DNA from: Microcoleus sp.
GTDB lineage: Bacteria > Cyanobacteriota > Cyanobacteriia > Cyanobacteriales > Microcoleaceae
Assembly (NCBI GenBank): GCA_042408215.1
Contig: JAYFMW010000007.1
Location: forward strand, 192,001 to 256,000
Length of the DNA: 64,000 bases
Direction: 5' to 3'
Made by a program: the position numbers and the translations under genes. The notes below the pieces were generated by a model. It did no database searches. It worked only from the letters and a program-made list of their open reading frames with translations, and was not told the DNA's origin. Below, piece after piece: positions 63,401 to 64,000 of the stretch; position 1 is the first letter of the stretch; every line of letters starts with the position of its first letter.

Positions 63401-64000
63401 TGAGTACCTTGAGCAAACTCAACACTTGCTTGATTTCATGCAAATACTAATAGTTGGTTCCGATATTTGGTATATGGGAGAATATCGAACTCTTGTAAAT
63501 TATTGTGGTTCAGATAGTCGCGTCATTAATTCCTACGGAATAACAGAATGTACCATTGATAGCACCTTCTTTGAGGATGAGAAAAATAGTATCCCAGAGC
63601 AAGCCTTAGTTCCGATCGGTCGCCCTATGTCCAACACCAAAATATATATTCTTGATCGACAACTCCAACCAGTACCTATAGGTGTAATAGGCGAACTCTA
63701 TATCGGAGGTGATGGTTTAGCCAGAGGTTATCTTAACCGCCCAGAATTAACACAAGAGAAATTCATAGCTAATCCTTTCCAAACAGGAGAACGCATTTAT
63801 AAAACAGGCGACATTGCTCGTTACTTAAATGATGGTAATATAGAGTATCTCGATCGCATTGATAACCAAGTCAAGATTCGAGGCTTCCGCATTGAGCTAG
63901 GAGAAATAGAAGCAGTTATCAACACTCATCCTCAAATCCAACAAACTGTAGCGATCGCGAGGGAAGACATACCTGGAAACAAACGCCTAGTCGCCTATAT
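57408..64000 (+). CDS. Non-ribosomal peptide synthetase (partial C, A, N-methyltransferase, PCP, C, A...), two frameshifts, runs off the window
   Basis: YTSGSTGQPKG twice, VLDIGCGTG (MT), FFELGGHSL (PCP), HHIVSDGWS (C). Frame changes near 59585 and 60344; the original frame appears open from 60345 to the window end. Confidence 0.93.

Overview
This window is genomic DNA of a filamentous cyanobacterium, probably Oscillatoriales (Microcoleus/Tychonema-like). That call rests on frequent HIP1 GCGATCGC sites, heptamer STRR tracts and several dispersed palindromic repeat families. From left to right it holds: a disrupted two-gene defence pair (PLD-SF2 helicase plus Eco57I-like N6-adenine methyltransferase); dnaK-dnaJ; a dynamin-like protein with KGK and HNH genes; a large GH2-like hydrolase; two hybrid histidine kinases, one with an insert-Cys cyanobacteriochrome-like GAF; a GIY-YIG gene; and a 13.9 kb IS200/IS605 element. 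After that come core-type genes (TauE, pentapeptide repeat, ilvD, DUF937, YcjF-like GTPase, a second PRK-like kinase, ABC ATPase) and the start of a frameshifted NRPS running off the window. The most striking observation is that the tnpB gene of the IS200/IS605 element is split between two adjacent codons (DRDVNAS | INILKRGL) by a 12.5 kb RHS polymorphic toxin/immunity cassette, while both IS ends appear retained. The cassette carries a colicin D-like tRNase tip, an orphan papain-fold tip, an immunity array with tandem DUF416 genes, a short MutY/MIG-like glycosylase and a toxin-antitoxin pair. All family calls are by motif recognition only; no database search was run.
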